Source: an uncultured archaeon (GTDB lineage: Archaea > Iainarchaeota > Iainarchaeia > Iainarchaeales > JAAZKV01). Taken from it: DNA of 36,075 nt. Of the stretch, positions 24,283-34,076 are shown piece after piece (the first letter of the stretch is position 1; each line of letters starts with the position of its first letter). The position numbers were made by a program, and so were the translations under genes. The DNA is taken from assembly GCA_964541135.1 (NCBI GenBank), contig CAZIPK010000001.1, positions 1 through 36,075 on the forward strand, in the 5' to 3' direction. The notes below the pieces were generated by a model. That model was not told the DNA's origin. It did not search any database and worked only from the letters and a program-made list of their open reading frames with translations.

Positions 24283-25059
24283 TTACTTCTTTACTTTAGC
24301 GCCCTTCTTAACAGCATCCATCATTTTCTCTAACTTGTTTTTTATTTCAGCATCGGATTTTGTTTTCTCAATCGCTGAACCAACATGAATAATATCCGCG
24401 CCGCTTGAAATCATGTCAAATGCAAACTCTGGCGTGCGAACCCCGCCGGCAATAACTAAAGGAACTTCAAGAACTGCCTTGGTCTGGGCAACCATTTCCT
24501 TTGGAACAGGTTCTGGTGCGCCCCCACCTGATTCTAAAATAATTAATTTAGAGCCCATGTACTGGCCTGCAAGCGCTGTTGCCGCAGCCAAATATGACAA
24601 ATTGCGTGGAACAAGCTGCACCCGCCCCATAAAACCAACCGCCCTGCCTGGCTCAACAACAATGTACGAAGTTGGAATAGCCTCTAGCCCCATTTTCATT
24701 ATCGGAAAAGCTGCAGCTGTCTGGGCTCCAGAAATATAATACGGATCATTGCTGTTTAACAGCGACATGAAGTATGTAGCATCAGCGAATTTTGAAAGCG
24801 TGGCAATGTTTCCTGGGAAAAGAATTGTTGGAATTGAACACTTATCCTTAATAGCCAAAATAGTGTCATCCAAAAGCTTTCCCTGAGCCCCCAAAGAACC
24901 ACCAATAGCAATAGCGCTAACACCCGCTTTTTGGGCAATTAAAGCGGCTTTGGCCGCCTGCTGGGGAGACTGGTTAGGGGGGTCAATAACCAAAAAAAGC
25001 ATGCCCGCCTCTTCTTTTAACTGGCCCAATAACTTTGAATAAACCTTTCCATCCTTCAT
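24283..25059 (-). CDS. Geranylgeranylglyceryl phosphate synthase (PcrB/GGGPS family)
   Basis: LFLVIDPPNQ...AIAIGGS...ILFPGN...LNSNDPYYISGAQ...ILESGGGAPEPVP...IAGGVRTPE. The first ATG is at 25059 (MKDGKVY). The track ORF starts at TTG 25119. Confidence 0.85.
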   Translation of the reverse strand: MKDGKVYSKLLGQLKEEAGMLFLVIDPPNQSPQQAAKAALIAQKAGVSAIAIGGSLGAQGKLLDDTILAIKDKCSIPTILFPGNIATLSKFADATYFMSLLNSNDPYYISGAQTAAAFPIMKMGLEAIPTSYIVVEPGRAVGFMGRVQLVPRNLSYLAAATALAGQYMGSKLIILESGGGAPEPVPKEMVAQTKAVLEVPLVIAGGVRTPEFAFDMISSGADIIHVGSAIEKTKSDAEIKNKLEKMMDAVKKGAKVKK

Positions 25060-25173
25060 AAACTCACAACAAAAACAATGCAAAAAGGAGTATAAAAAAC
25101 CATGCTTGAGCAAAAACAAAAGAAACGATTTTAAAACACTAAACCAAAATTCCCATAAATTAATTAATAAAAG

Positions 25174-26010
25174 TTAGCCTAAAGATTTTTTTATTTTCAA
25201 TTCTCTTCTAAGCCCATAATCCCTTTCAGCGTCCTTTAAAATTTTTGTATTAACTTCAACAACAAACATTCCCTCCTTATTATGATTAAGTTTTTTTAAC
25301 ACCCCTTTAAAAGGAACAGTTACTTGAGAATGGCCGAGAAGATTTTCTTTAGAACCAGGCAAAACCAATTTTCCAGCAGCATTGCAATAAACCAAAATTA
25401 TTTCATTCTCAAAAGCCCTCTCTACGCACAAAGAATCAACAAACTTTGCATCTGAATCCTCATCATATTTATCGCCAATAAAATTACTCTCTTTAGTCCA
25501 AAAAGAAGGGCAAATAACTAAACTTACTTTCTTCTTATCCATCCTTCTAAAAACCTCCCCAAAAACTAAGTCCCAGCAAATAACTAAACCCACTTTCCCA
25601 AAACGAGTGTTAAACACAGAAATCTTTCCCCCTCTGGAAAAACTACCTTGCTCAACACTGCAAATGTTAATCTTTCTATACTTTGACTTTAACCTGCCTT
25701 TAAAATCAATGTAATAAGCCGCATTAAAGAACTGCTTCTTACTCTTATCAACCATTGACCCAGAAACTATATCAATCTTATATTTTTTTGCAAGGATTTG
25801 AAAAAAACTCAAATACTCCTTTTCATGCTCGCTGTATTTTAACAATTCACGCTTATGCGAAACCGGGCCGGAAACAAAATCCTCAGGAAAAACAATCAAC
25901 TTTGCTCCAAGCAAAGAAGCTTTCTTAATAAATTCCTTGGCTTTTTCCAAATTTTTTTGAGGAGAATTAACTTCAACGTGAAACTGAATAACCGCAATCT
26001 TAAATTTCAT
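25174..26010 (-). CDS. Carbon-nitrogen hydrolase (nitrilase superfamily)
   Basis: The E-K-C triad context is IVFPEDF, KYRKINI and GLVICWDLVF. Confidence 0.9.
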   Translation of the reverse strand: MKFKIAVIQFHVEVNSPQKNLEKAKEFIKKASLLGAKLIVFPEDFVSGPVSHKRELLKYSEHEKEYLSFFQILAKKYKIDIVSGSMVDKSKKQFFNAAYYIDFKGRLKSKYRKINICSVEQGSFSRGGKISVFNTRFGKVGLVICWDLVFGEVFRRMDKKKVSLVICPSFWTKESNFIGDKYDEDSDAKFVDSLCVERAFENEIILVYCNAAGKLVLPGSKENLLGHSQVTVPFKGVLKKLNHNKEGMFVVEVNTKILKDAERDYGLRRELKIKKSLG

Positions 26011-26107
26011 AACAAAAACCCATCTTCAACTAATTTAATTCTTTCTAATTTGATAAAAGAATTAAAACTATATTACTAAATGAATCTAATCACCTGTTGC
26101 AAATAAT

Positions 26108-26554
26108 TTAATGCCCTCTTGGTTTTGTCCGTCGGGAAAAATTTTGTGGCAAAAGCGACTGGGTTCTGTGAGCTTTGTGCCTTTTTAGTATTTTTGCCCT
26201 ATTTGCCTGCCTTGACAAAACCCTTTCACTTTTTTTTGGAATCCAAACATATTTCTCTGCAAGCCCCCGGGTTTTACCAACCCCTTTGTATTGAGTATGA
26301 TCATAAAAACCATGCGAACCCTCAAGAGGATAAATTGTAACTAACTTAACTTTGGGGTGCCCCATTAAAATACGCCCATTAACAAAACCGAATAATCTTC
26401 TGCCAATACCTTCTTTTTTAAGTTTACGATTCGTAAAAAAAGAATAAATCTCTGCTTCCGATTTGTTTGGATTAAAAAAAACGCGAATATATGAAACAAC
26501 AACTCCGTTTAACTTAGCGACAAAATGCTCATAATTGCCTGGTTTGTGCGGCAT
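26108..26554 (-). CDS. GNAT-family acetyltransferase body, lacking its N-terminal strand/helix as called
   Basis: Motif A-like KLKKEGIGRRLFGFV. The reading frame stays open for 50 further codons upstream of ATG 26554 without any ATG, GTG or TTG, and it encodes GNAT-like N-terminal sequence (LELTKASLEDINFIEANYEEF...). Confidence 0.6.
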   Translation of the reverse strand: MPHKPGNYEHFVAKLNGVVVSYIRVFFNPNKSEAEIYSFFTNRKLKKEGIGRRLFGFVNGRILMGHPKVKLVTIYPLEGSHGFYDHTQYKGVGKTRGLAEKYVWIPKKSERVLSRQANRAKILKRHKAHRTQSLLPQNFSRRTKPRGH

Positions 26555-26646
26555 TATTTTTTTTAAATCTGCCCTTGGCGGCAGATTAAATTCTTCATAA
26601 TTAGCTTCTATAAAATTTATATCCTCTAAACTGGCTTTAGTTAATT

Positions 26647-26691
26647 CTAAATTTTTTTTAAAAAGCCCCTTGAATAATGCCTTTGTGCCAT
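26647..26691 (-). CDS. Start-containing N-terminal fragment of the GNAT gene (14 codons), one frame off
   Basis: ATG 26691 opens MAQRHYSRGFLKKI*. A TATA-like CTTAAATAG is centred ~25 nt upstream. A -1 shift in the A8 run (plus-strand T8, 26652-26659) joins it to the GNAT frame. Confidence 0.3.
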   Translation of the reverse strand: MAQRHYSRGFLKKI

Positions 26692-26810
26692 AACTAGCTA
26701 AAGTGCTTGGACTATTTAAGAATATTTAAAATAACGCGCAGGAATTAACTTATTGCAAAGATTATAAAACAATTGCTAAGAAAAACTAATTAACAAACTA
26801 TGGTGAGTAA

Positions 26811-28067
26811 ATGGGAGAAAAAGAAATTGAATCCATAATAGCTGAAATTGCAGAAAAAACTAATAAAAGTGAAGAAGAAATTACTGAACTAATTAAATCA
26901 AAGGTTGAAAAATTTGCAGGATTATTAACCGAACAGGGAGCTGCATTCATGGTGCAAAAAGAATTAGGATTAAAACAAGAAACATACGAACAAATAAAAA
27001 TATCGGAACTTGAAGAAGGGATGAAAGGAATTGAGCTAAAAGGAATTATTGAATCAATTTACCCAATTAAAGAATTTGAAAAAAATTCAAAAAAAGGAAA
27101 ACTACAATCACTAATACTAAACGACGGGACGGGAGAAGTAAGAATAACCCTTTGGAATGACCAAGTAGGGAAGTACGATTTGACAAGAAAAAGCGAAATC
27201 ACCATAAGCAATGCAATAATATCCACTTACAATGAAAAAAAACAAGCAACTTTGGGATTTAACGGGACAATAATAATAAACAAAAAAAACGAGGAAGAAT
27301 TTGAAAAAATCGCCAACCTAAAAGGCGGGGCGAGCAGCGCAAGCGTTAGAGGAAGAATAATGCGAAAATTCCCCTGCAAAGAATTTGAAAGCGGGGAAAG
27401 AAAAGGAAAACTATGCTCATTTCAGTTAGGGGATGAAACAGCCGTAATAAGAGTCACTGCATGGAATGAGAAAGCAGAAGAAATGGAGAAATTTAATGAA
27501 GGAGATGCGGTGGAAATAAATAATGCATACACCAAAGACGGCAAATTTGGGATAGAACTCCACGCAGGATACAGTGCAAATATTAAAGAAACCCAAAAAG
27601 AAGTTGCAAAAACACAAGAAATACTAAAAGAAACAATGAAAGAAAACAAAATAACCCAATTAGTGGAAGGCGAAAATGCAATAATTAAAGGAAAAATTAA
27701 TTCCATTGAAAAAGGAAATTATGCTTACGAAGTGTGCCAAACTTGCGGCAAAAAAATAACAAAAACCCCTAACGGAGTTTTATGCGAAAAATGCGGGGAA
27801 ACAAAAGCAAAAAAGAATGCAGTAATATCCGCAATAATTGAGGATGAGAGCGGCAATATTAGAACAAACTTTTTTGGAAAAAACGCGTTAAACGCAATGG
27901 GGCTAACGCAAGAAGAGCTTGAAAAACAATTAAACGAAAAAACCCCTGACATAATCGAGGCAGAGTTTAATGGGAAACTTACTGGAAAAGAAATAAAGGT
28001 ATACGGCTACACCAAAATAAACAGCTTTAGCGGAAACAGGGAATTTAATGCCAGGGAAGTTTTATAA
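26811..28067 (+). CDS. Replication protein A (RPA/RFA) single-stranded DNA-binding protein with OB folds and a Zn finger
   Basis: Repeated OB-fold pattern (GIELKGIIESIYPIKEF...GKLQSLILNDGTGEVRITLWND; VRGRIMRKF...GKLCSFQLGDETAVIRVTAWN) plus the zinc motif CQTCGKK...CEKCG. Confidence 0.85.
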   Translation: MGEKEIESIIAEIAEKTNKSEEEITELIKSKVEKFAGLLTEQGAAFMVQKELGLKQETYEQIKISELEEGMKGIELKGIIESIYPIKEFEKNSKKGKLQSLILNDGTGEVRITLWNDQVGKYDLTRKSEITISNAIISTYNEKKQATLGFNGTIIINKKNEEEFEKIANLKGGASSASVRGRIMRKFPCKEFESGERKGKLCSFQLGDETAVIRVTAWNEKAEEMEKFNEGDAVEINNAYTKDGKFGIELHAGYSANIKETQKEVAKTQEILKETMKENKITQLVEGENAIIKGKINSIEKGNYAYEVCQTCGKKITKTPNGVLCEKCGETKAKKNAVISAIIEDESGNIRTNFFGKNALNAMGLTQEELEKQLNEKTPDIIEAEFNGKLTGKEIKVYGYTKINSFSGNREFNAREVL

Positions 28068-28085
28068 AAAAAATCCGCTGAATTA

Positions 28086-28658
28086 TTATTTGGGCAATAA
28101 ATTACTTGCAATTATTTCATTAAGCCCAAAAAAAAGCTCTTTTTCAGAATTATTGTTATTCACCCGGTAATCAGCCATCTTCACACACTTAAGGCCGTGC
28201 TGTTCACTCACATCATTGCTTTTTAACTCAATTTCCTCTTTCTTCTTAAACTCCTCAAAACTAGAAACATCCCCATGAGAATTAGGATCGCTCTTTACCC
28301 GCTCAACCGTTCTTAAATAACGGGTTTTTATGCCGGCAAACACCTCAATAATAAACCCCCCTTTTGATTTTATCAAATCAACTTCGCTAGGGTTGCGCAG
28401 AGAAGTTATCACTAATTTCTTTGAAGGAGAATAATTACTTAATGCAAGCTTTGCCCAATAATCGTTCCCAAATTTTTTTCTGAAATCATTTGCAAGCAAG
28501 CGCATCTCCCCCCGATCTAAATGATTCTTGCCCAATTTCTTTAATTCCAAACGGATTTCGTTTCCAAGATCAATGTGGGAAAACCCATGCACATCAATCA
28601 AATACTTTGCAGCAGTATCCTTGCCCGAACCATTAAAACCAACAATACCCACAAGCAC
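28086..28658 (-). CDS. P-loop nucleotide kinase (dNMP-kinase / dephospho-CoA-kinase-like fold)
   Basis: Walker A IVGFNGSGKDT, where SGKDT is as in dNMP kinases. About 190 aa with a GTG start. Substrate is not assignable from sequence. Confidence 0.6.
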   Translation of the reverse strand: MLVGIVGFNGSGKDTAAKYLIDVHGFSHIDLGNEIRLELKKLGKNHLDRGEMRLLANDFRKKFGNDYWAKLALSNYSPSKKLVITSLRNPSEVDLIKSKGGFIIEVFAGIKTRYLRTVERVKSDPNSHGDVSSFEEFKKKEEIELKSNDVSEQHGLKCVKMADYRVNNNNSEKELFFGLNEIIASNLLPK

Positions 28659-28856
28659 AAAAACACCTTTTAATTAAAATTAAAACTAAAACTTAAAATC
28701 AAAAAATACCAAAATAAAATTCATTAAAAACTCCGTTAAAAAAAATCGCAATTTGCCAAAATTTAATTAAATAAAAATCACTTCCCCACAATTATTCCAG
28801 CCAGTAGCCATTTTTAGCTCCTATTTATTTTAAGTTTTTAAAACAATTTTTTTAAT

Positions 28857-29390
28857 TTAATACTCAATTGACTCCCGCGCCAAAACTCCATTATCAAAAG
28901 GGTGCTTTAATTTCTTAAATTCAGTAACATAATCAGCCAAAGAAAAAATCTTTGGAAAAGAAATGTGCGAACCTGTCAAAACCAATTCAGCTGAAGGGCT
29001 TTTTGATTTAATCAAATCAACCACTTTGTTTTCATTCACAAGGCCCAATTGAACGCAATAAAGCAACTCATCAGCAACGATCAAATCAAATTCTTGGGAA
29101 GAGATTTTTCCAGCCAAAAAATTAAAAGCCTCTTTTGCTTCGTTTAAGGCTTCATTTGAAGGCTTGCCAATAAACACCCAATTCTTTGAGCCAAACTGCT
29201 TTATTGAAATACTGCCAAACTTTGAAAGAGAAATTACTTCGCCATACTGTTCAAACTGTCCTTGGGGCACCTTCATAAACTGCGCAATCAAAACCTTTTT
29301 ACCCCATCCTGCTGCACGCAAAGCTAAGCCAAAGGCAGCAGTGGTTTTGCCCTTCCCATTGCCAAAATAAATGTGAACCAAGCCGGCCAA
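28857..29390 (-). CDS. cobO: Cob(I)alamin/cob(I)yrinic acid a,c-diamide adenosyltransferase (CobA/CobO/BtuR type)
   Basis: IYFGNGKGKTTAAFGLALRAAGWGKKVLIAQFMK, DLIVADELLY, ELVLTG, KHPFDNGVLARESIEY. No ATG is available. The likely start is TTG 29390, 6 nt after GGGGGG; the track starts at TTG 29429. Confidence 0.85.
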   Translation of the reverse strand: MAGLVHIYFGNGKGKTTAAFGLALRAAGWGKKVLIAQFMKVPQGQFEQYGEVISLSKFGSISIKQFGSKNWVFIGKPSNEALNEAKEAFNFLAGKISSQEFDLIVADELLYCVQLGLVNENKVVDLIKSKSPSAELVLTGSHISFPKIFSLADYVTEFKKLKHPFDNGVLARESIEY

Positions 29391-29524
29391 ATAAAGCCCC
29401 CCTAAACAACAACTAAACAAATGAAACAAAATAAAAAATAAACGCTAAATAACTAAAAAAAAGCAAGATTTACTTAACTTCAATTTAATGCGTTGATTTT
29501 AATAAACAAAATCAATCTTGGTGA

Positions 29525-32500
29525 TTAGCTGCAGCCGCTTGTTGCTCCGCAATCCTCGCAAACAGTGCATGTTCCATTTCTTCTGACCTTCATGCTTCCA
29601 CAATCGCGACAGGATTGGCCAGTGTACCCTTTTGATTTGGCAATAGCAACATCATCACTTAAGGCGATTTTTTTTTCAACCTCCCCGTTGGGCGACTCAA
29701 CATCAGGCTTTGCCAAATTTGTTTGGACACTCACTTTAAGTTTATCATCCTTTGCTTCCTCAAGAGGCTTTATGTGGACAAAATCGGTCCTCCCCAAGTA
29801 CTCATATCCAAGGAAGCGAAAAGTAAAATCAAGAATTGAGGTGCATGATTTAATTGCATCATGGCCCATAACCATCCCTGCCGGGTCAAAGCGGGTGAAA
29901 GTAAAGGAATCAACAAACTCTTCAAGCGGAACACCATACTGCAAAGCCTTGCTTATAGAAACCGCAAAGCATGCAAGCAGACTCCTGTAAGCTGCCCCCT
30001 CCTTATACATTGAAAGGAAAACTTCCCCTAACGAACCATCCTCATACTCGCCCGTCTGGATATAAAGCTTATGTCCGTCAATCACTGCTTCCTGTGTTAT
30101 ACCGCGCCTCCTCTTAGGCAAACGTTTCCTCTCGAGCTTTGAAACAACTAACTCATGAAGCTGACCAGGGCCTATTGTTTCATCAACATCATCCTCACTG
30201 CTAAAATTAAGCAATTCCTCAGCAACATCCCCGCTAACAGCATTAAGCGGCTGGGAAAGCTTGCTGCCGTCACGGTAAAGCGCATTACTCTTAAGCATGC
30301 TCTTGTGGGAAAGCAAATAAGCTTTTTCAATATCTGCAATAGTGGAGTTAGAAGGCATGTTAATTGTTTTAGAAATAGCTCCGGATAGGAAAGGCTGTAC
30401 AGCAGCCATCATTTTTATGTGCGCATCCCATGCAATAAATCTTTCCCCGTACTTGCCGCACTTATTGGCACAATCAAACACCGCCAAGTGCTCTTTCTTT
30501 AAATGAGGTGCACCCTCAACAGTCATTGCCCCGCAAACAAACTTATTAGTCTCCTCAATCTCTTTTTTTGAAAAACCAAGGGACTTAAGCAAATCAAAAG
30601 AAGGGGAATTTAATTCAGCATCAGAAAAACCAAGACTCTTGCAAAAATCTTCCCCAAGAACGAATTTATTAAAAACAAACCTAATATCAAAAGCGCTCTT
30701 TAATGCCGCCTCAACTTTGTCAAGCTCTTTTTGGGAAAACTTTTTTGAAAGCAACTTGTCAGGATTAATTATCGGGCAGCCTTTAAGAGTAGCGTGACCA
30801 AGCAAATAATCCTCAATATCCTTAATCTGCTCTTTAGAATAACCCAATTTTTTTAATGCAAAAACAACGCCACCATTAACAATTTTAAAATAGCCCCCAC
30901 CAGCAAGTTTTTTGAATTTCACCAAAGCAAAGTCAGGCTCAAGGCCGGTAGTGTCACAATCCATCAACAATCCAATAGTGCCTGTAGGCGCAAGCAATGA
31001 AACTTGGGCATTACGAAAACCAAATTTCTCGCCCCCCACTAAGGCATTTTCCCAGGATTTTTGGGAAGCCAAAACAATTTCCTTATAACACTTTGAAGAA
31101 TCAAATTTTTGAGGAAGTATTGACAAATCTTCAAAAGAAGAATCGTCCTCGCTAAAAGCGGCCCTCTTGTGATTGCGAATTACACGCATCATTGCGCTTT
31201 TATTTTCACTAAAAGATTCAAAAGAGCCAAAAAGAGACGCCATCTCAGCACTGGTTTCGTAAGAAACGCCAGTCATTAGTGAAGTAATGCCTGCGGCAAG
31301 TGCCCTTCCTTCTTCGCTATCATAAGGCAAACCAAGAAGCATGAGCATGCTTCCCAAATTAGCATAACCCAAACCAAGGGAACGTGTCTTGTGGGTAACA
31401 AGCGCAATTTCCTTGCTTGGAAACTGAGCCATTACTACGGAAATCTCAAGAACAACCGTCAAGAGACGAACAGCATGAACAAACTCTTCAACTTTAAATC
31501 TGCCCGAATCCAAATCAAGGAACTTTTTCAAATTAATTGAAGCCAAATTGCACGCAGAGTTATCCACGAAGAAAAACTCACTGCAAGGATTGCTTGACCT
31601 AATCGGACCAATGTTTGGACAAGTGTGCCACTCATTAATAGTGGAATAAAACATTACCCCCGGATCTGCGCAATTCCAAGCCGCAAAACAAATTTTATCC
31701 CAAAGAGAGCGGGCTGGCAAGGATTCGCAAACTTTGCCATTAACCCTCCATTTTAAATCCCAATTCTTGTTTGACTCAAGCGCATTAAAAAAAGAATTTG
31801 GAATCACAACTGAATTATTTGAATTCTGGCCGGAAACGGTATTATATGCTCCGCTTTCAAAATGAGTATCATACTCAGTTATGGACATAGCGCATTTTCC
31901 CTGCTCGGCTAACTGAAGCGCACGAAAAACATAATTAAGCGGAACACCCAAGGAAAGCGCCTTCTTAATAGCGGTTTTTAATGCAGCGTTTTTTTCAGGG
32001 TCAAAACACTTTGCGTCACAAGCAATCTTCATTATGCCATTAATATGCTTATTACACACCTTGCTTCCAGAAACAAGGTCCGCAACTTTCTTCTCCTCCT
32101 CCATCTTCCAATCAATAAACTCCTTAATTTCAGGGTGATCAATATCAAGGGCAACCATTTTTGCAGCCCTTCTAGTAGTGCCGCCGCTCTTAATGCTCCC
32201 CGCAACAGTGTCATAAATTTTTAAATAACTCATCAAGCCGCTTGAAACGCCCCCCGTACTTAGCGGCTCGCCTTTACCCCTAAGCGTAGAAAAATTGGTT
32301 CCAGTTCCGGACCCGTGCTTAAACAACCGCCCCTCCCTTTGAGCAAGATCAAAAATCCCGCCATCCCCCATCAAAGAATCTTTTACGCCTTGTACAAAGC
32401 ACGCGTGGGGTTGAGGTCGAACATAAGCATCAGTGCTTAACACAACCTCTTTCTTTACAGTATCATAATAATAATGCCCGTCACTTGCCCCTGAAAAACC

Positions 32501-32950
32501 ATACATCCAATTTAAACCAGTATTAAACCATTGGGGAGAATTAGGTGCTGCCATTTGGTGCAAAAGCAAATACTTCACTTCATCCTCAAAAGCTTGTGCA
32601 TCTTTAACAGAATCAAACATCCCTTCCTTCTCTCCCCAATAACGCCAACACCCGGCAAGCCTGTTTAAGACCTGTTTAATTGAGCGCTCCCTGCCATTTG
32701 GGGAGGCGTCTTTCTTTGGGTAGCCATTTGAATCACACTCAGGTATTTTTGCCCGCTTAAAATATTTCTGGGCAAGAATATCCGTGGCTGTTTGGGACCA
32801 AAAAGAAGGCACTTCAACATCATTTTGTTCAAAAACTATTGAACCGTCAGGGTTACGGATAATGCTTTTGCGCAGTTCAAAATCAGCAGAATCAAAAACA
32901 TTTGCCCCTTCTTTTGTAAAAAGCCTACTTATCTTTAACCCTTTTGGCAT
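29525..32950 (-). CDS. nrdJ: Adenosylcobalamin-dependent ribonucleotide reductase, class II (long-form NrdJ)
   Basis: N-terminus RLFTKEGANVFD...VFEQNDVEVPSFWSQTATDILAQKYF; active-site SNPCSEFFFVDNSACNLASINL; LAPTGTIGLLMDCDTTGLEPDFALVKFKKLAGGGYFKIVN; C-terminal Cys motif CRDCGS...CTVCEDCG. ATG at 32950. Confidence 0.95.
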   Translation of the reverse strand: MPKGLKISRLFTKEGANVFDSADFELRKSIIRNPDGSIVFEQNDVEVPSFWSQTATDILAQKYFKRAKIPECDSNGYPKKDASPNGRERSIKQVLNRLAGCWRYWGEKEGMFDSVKDAQAFEDEVKYLLLHQMAAPNSPQWFNTGLNWMYGFSGASDGHYYYDTVKKEVVLSTDAYVRPQPHACFVQGVKDSLMGDGGIFDLAQREGRLFKHGSGTGTNFSTLRGKGEPLSTGGVSSGLMSYLKIYDTVAGSIKSGGTTRRAAKMVALDIDHPEIKEFIDWKMEEEKKVADLVSGSKVCNKHINGIMKIACDAKCFDPEKNAALKTAIKKALSLGVPLNYVFRALQLAEQGKCAMSITEYDTHFESGAYNTVSGQNSNNSVVIPNSFFNALESNKNWDLKWRVNGKVCESLPARSLWDKICFAAWNCADPGVMFYSTINEWHTCPNIGPIRSSNPCSEFFFVDNSACNLASINLKKFLDLDSGRFKVEEFVHAVRLLTVVLEISVVMAQFPSKEIALVTHKTRSLGLGYANLGSMLMLLGLPYDSEEGRALAAGITSLMTGVSYETSAEMASLFGSFESFSENKSAMMRVIRNHKRAAFSEDDSSFEDLSILPQKFDSSKCYKEIVLASQKSWENALVGGEKFGFRNAQVSLLAPTGTIGLLMDCDTTGLEPDFALVKFKKLAGGGYFKIVNGGVVFALKKLGYSKEQIKDIEDYLLGHATLKGCPIINPDKLLSKKFSQKELDKVEAALKSAFDIRFVFNKFVLGEDFCKSLGFSDAELNSPSFDLLKSLGFSKKEIEETNKFVCGAMTVEGAPHLKKEHLAVFDCANKCGKYGERFIAWDAHIKMMAAVQPFLSGAISKTINMPSNSTIADIEKAYLLSHKSMLKSNALYRDGSKLSQPLNAVSGDVAEELLNFSSEDDVDETIGPGQLHELVVSKLERKRLPKRRRGITQEAVIDGHKLYIQTGEYEDGSLGEVFLSMYKEGAAYRSLLACFAVSISKALQYGVPLEEFVDSFTFTRFDPAGMVMGHDAIKSCTSILDFTFRFLGYEYLGRTDFVHIKPLEEAKDDKLKVSVQTNLAKPDVESPNGEVEKKIALSDDVAIAKSKGYTGQSCRDCGSMKVRRNGTCTVCEDCGATSGCS

Positions 32951-32988
32951 CAAACAACCCCACCAAGCCCAAATTAAATTTTAAGCAA

Positions 32989-33294
32989 TTACCCAATAAC
33001 TAAAAGAAGCCGTTTTTTTAACTCGAATCCTGACAAAGCGCCTCTTGCAATATCAACTAACGCCCCGTCCTTAAAAATGGCAAAAGTAGGCAAGCTAGTT
33101 ATACTAAAACGCTGCGCAATACTTTCGGCTTCAGAAACATTAACCTTCAAAACCTTGGCCTTGCCGTCAAACTCCTTTGAAATTGCATCAATCTGCGGCA
33201 TTAACGCCAAGCAATGCGGGCACCACTCAGCCCAAAAATCAACCAAAACTACCCCGTTATTTATTGCTAAATCAAAATCACTCACTACTATCAC
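32989..33294 (-). CDS. trxA: Thioredoxin
   Basis: 101 aa with VLVDFWAEWCPHC (CxxC active site) and a thioredoxin-fold length. GTG start. The gene ends 38 nt upstream of nrdJ. Confidence 0.9.
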   Translation of the reverse strand: MIVVSDFDLAINNGVVLVDFWAEWCPHCLALMPQIDAISKEFDGKAKVLKVNVSEAESIAQRFSITSLPTFAIFKDGALVDIARGALSGFELKKRLLLVIG

Positions 33295-33626
33295 CCCAAA
33301 AAACTAAAACAATAACCACAACAAACTTTGAAGTTTAAAAACCTTTGTCCAAGAAAAAACAAAATCAAAAAAACAAACCCCTTTGAACAAAAAATAAGAA
33401 AAGGACACAAAAAAATCACAAAGTTGGACAAAAAAATTTGAAAAACTAAAAAAAAACCAAAAAAAAGTTAGGAAATTGCTGATTGATCTTGAATGAAAAA
33501 AATAATTTAAAAAAAAATTACAAAGCAAACATTAATTAAAAATAAAGGGTGAAAAATTTAGTAAATAATTTACAAAAAATAACTAATCAGAAAAAACACT
33601 AGACTCAATTTGAACAGCCCTAAAAC

Positions 33627-34076
33627 TTAACTGCCAAAACTTTCAATCTTTTCAAGCCGCCAAACAAAATTTGCATCAGAATCTATAAAATAATCCGAAA
33701 TCCCTTTGGAAGCATAAGCGCCATTTACATAAAGCGCCCAATAATGCGTAGAGGGGGCCTTCTTGCCAGCAATAGAAGTCACCATAATCCCAAAAGGATA
33801 CTGTTCAAACTCCAAATTACTGTTTAAGCCGGTTTTGGTGTTGCTTAAAACCAATTTCATGGCGTCAAAAGCATTCATCCCGGCATTAACATCAGCCACT
33901 GAAGAAAAAATTAACGAATTTGAATCATCATAAACGCTTAATGAAAAAGAAACTGTTTTAAGAGAGTCATTTGAAGAACTTGGGACGGTGGAAGCACAAC
34001 CAAAAAGTAATGAAAAAGCAATTATGCTAAGAAAAGCGAGGAAAAAAAGTTTATTTGAATTAACCACAACTACCAC
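33627..34076 (-). CDS. DUF4430 (transcobalamin-like C-terminal domain) lipoprotein, putative extracytoplasmic corrinoid binder
   Basis: Signal peptide with lipobox LLFGC. GIMVTSIAGKKAPSTHYWALYVNGAYASKGISDYFIDSDANFVWRLEKI matches the DUF4430 pattern (G.fv.sI.G....g.W.y.vNg...G...y.l.dgD.i.w.y). Confidence 0.7.
   Translation of the reverse strand: MVVVVNSNKLFFLAFLSIIAFSLLFGCASTVPSSSNDSLKTVSFSLSVYDDSNSLIFSSVADVNAGMNAFDAMKLVLSNTKTGLNSNLEFEQYPFGIMVTSIAGKKAPSTHYWALYVNGAYASKGISDYFIDSDANFVWRLEKIESFGS

Noticed and set aside
29525-32953. An intein inside NrdJ, considered because the protein is 1142 aa.
   Set aside because: There are no intein splice-junction blocks or LAGLIDADG/HNH motifs. The sequence is collinear with long-form class II RNRs, including the LAPTGTIG...GGGYFKIVN region.
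33304-33528. 74-aa minus-strand ORF in the spacer upstream of trx.
   Set aside because: It is a pure F/L/S string produced by a T-rich strand. It has no start context and no motif.
33295-33626. Possible cobalamin riboswitch upstream of trx-nrdJ, or at 34661-34752 upstream of the membrane/DUF4430 pair.
   Set aside because: Both spacers are extremely AT-rich with almost no G/C pairing potential. I saw nothing resembling the conserved GC-rich B12-box core. Riboswitches are also rare in archaea.
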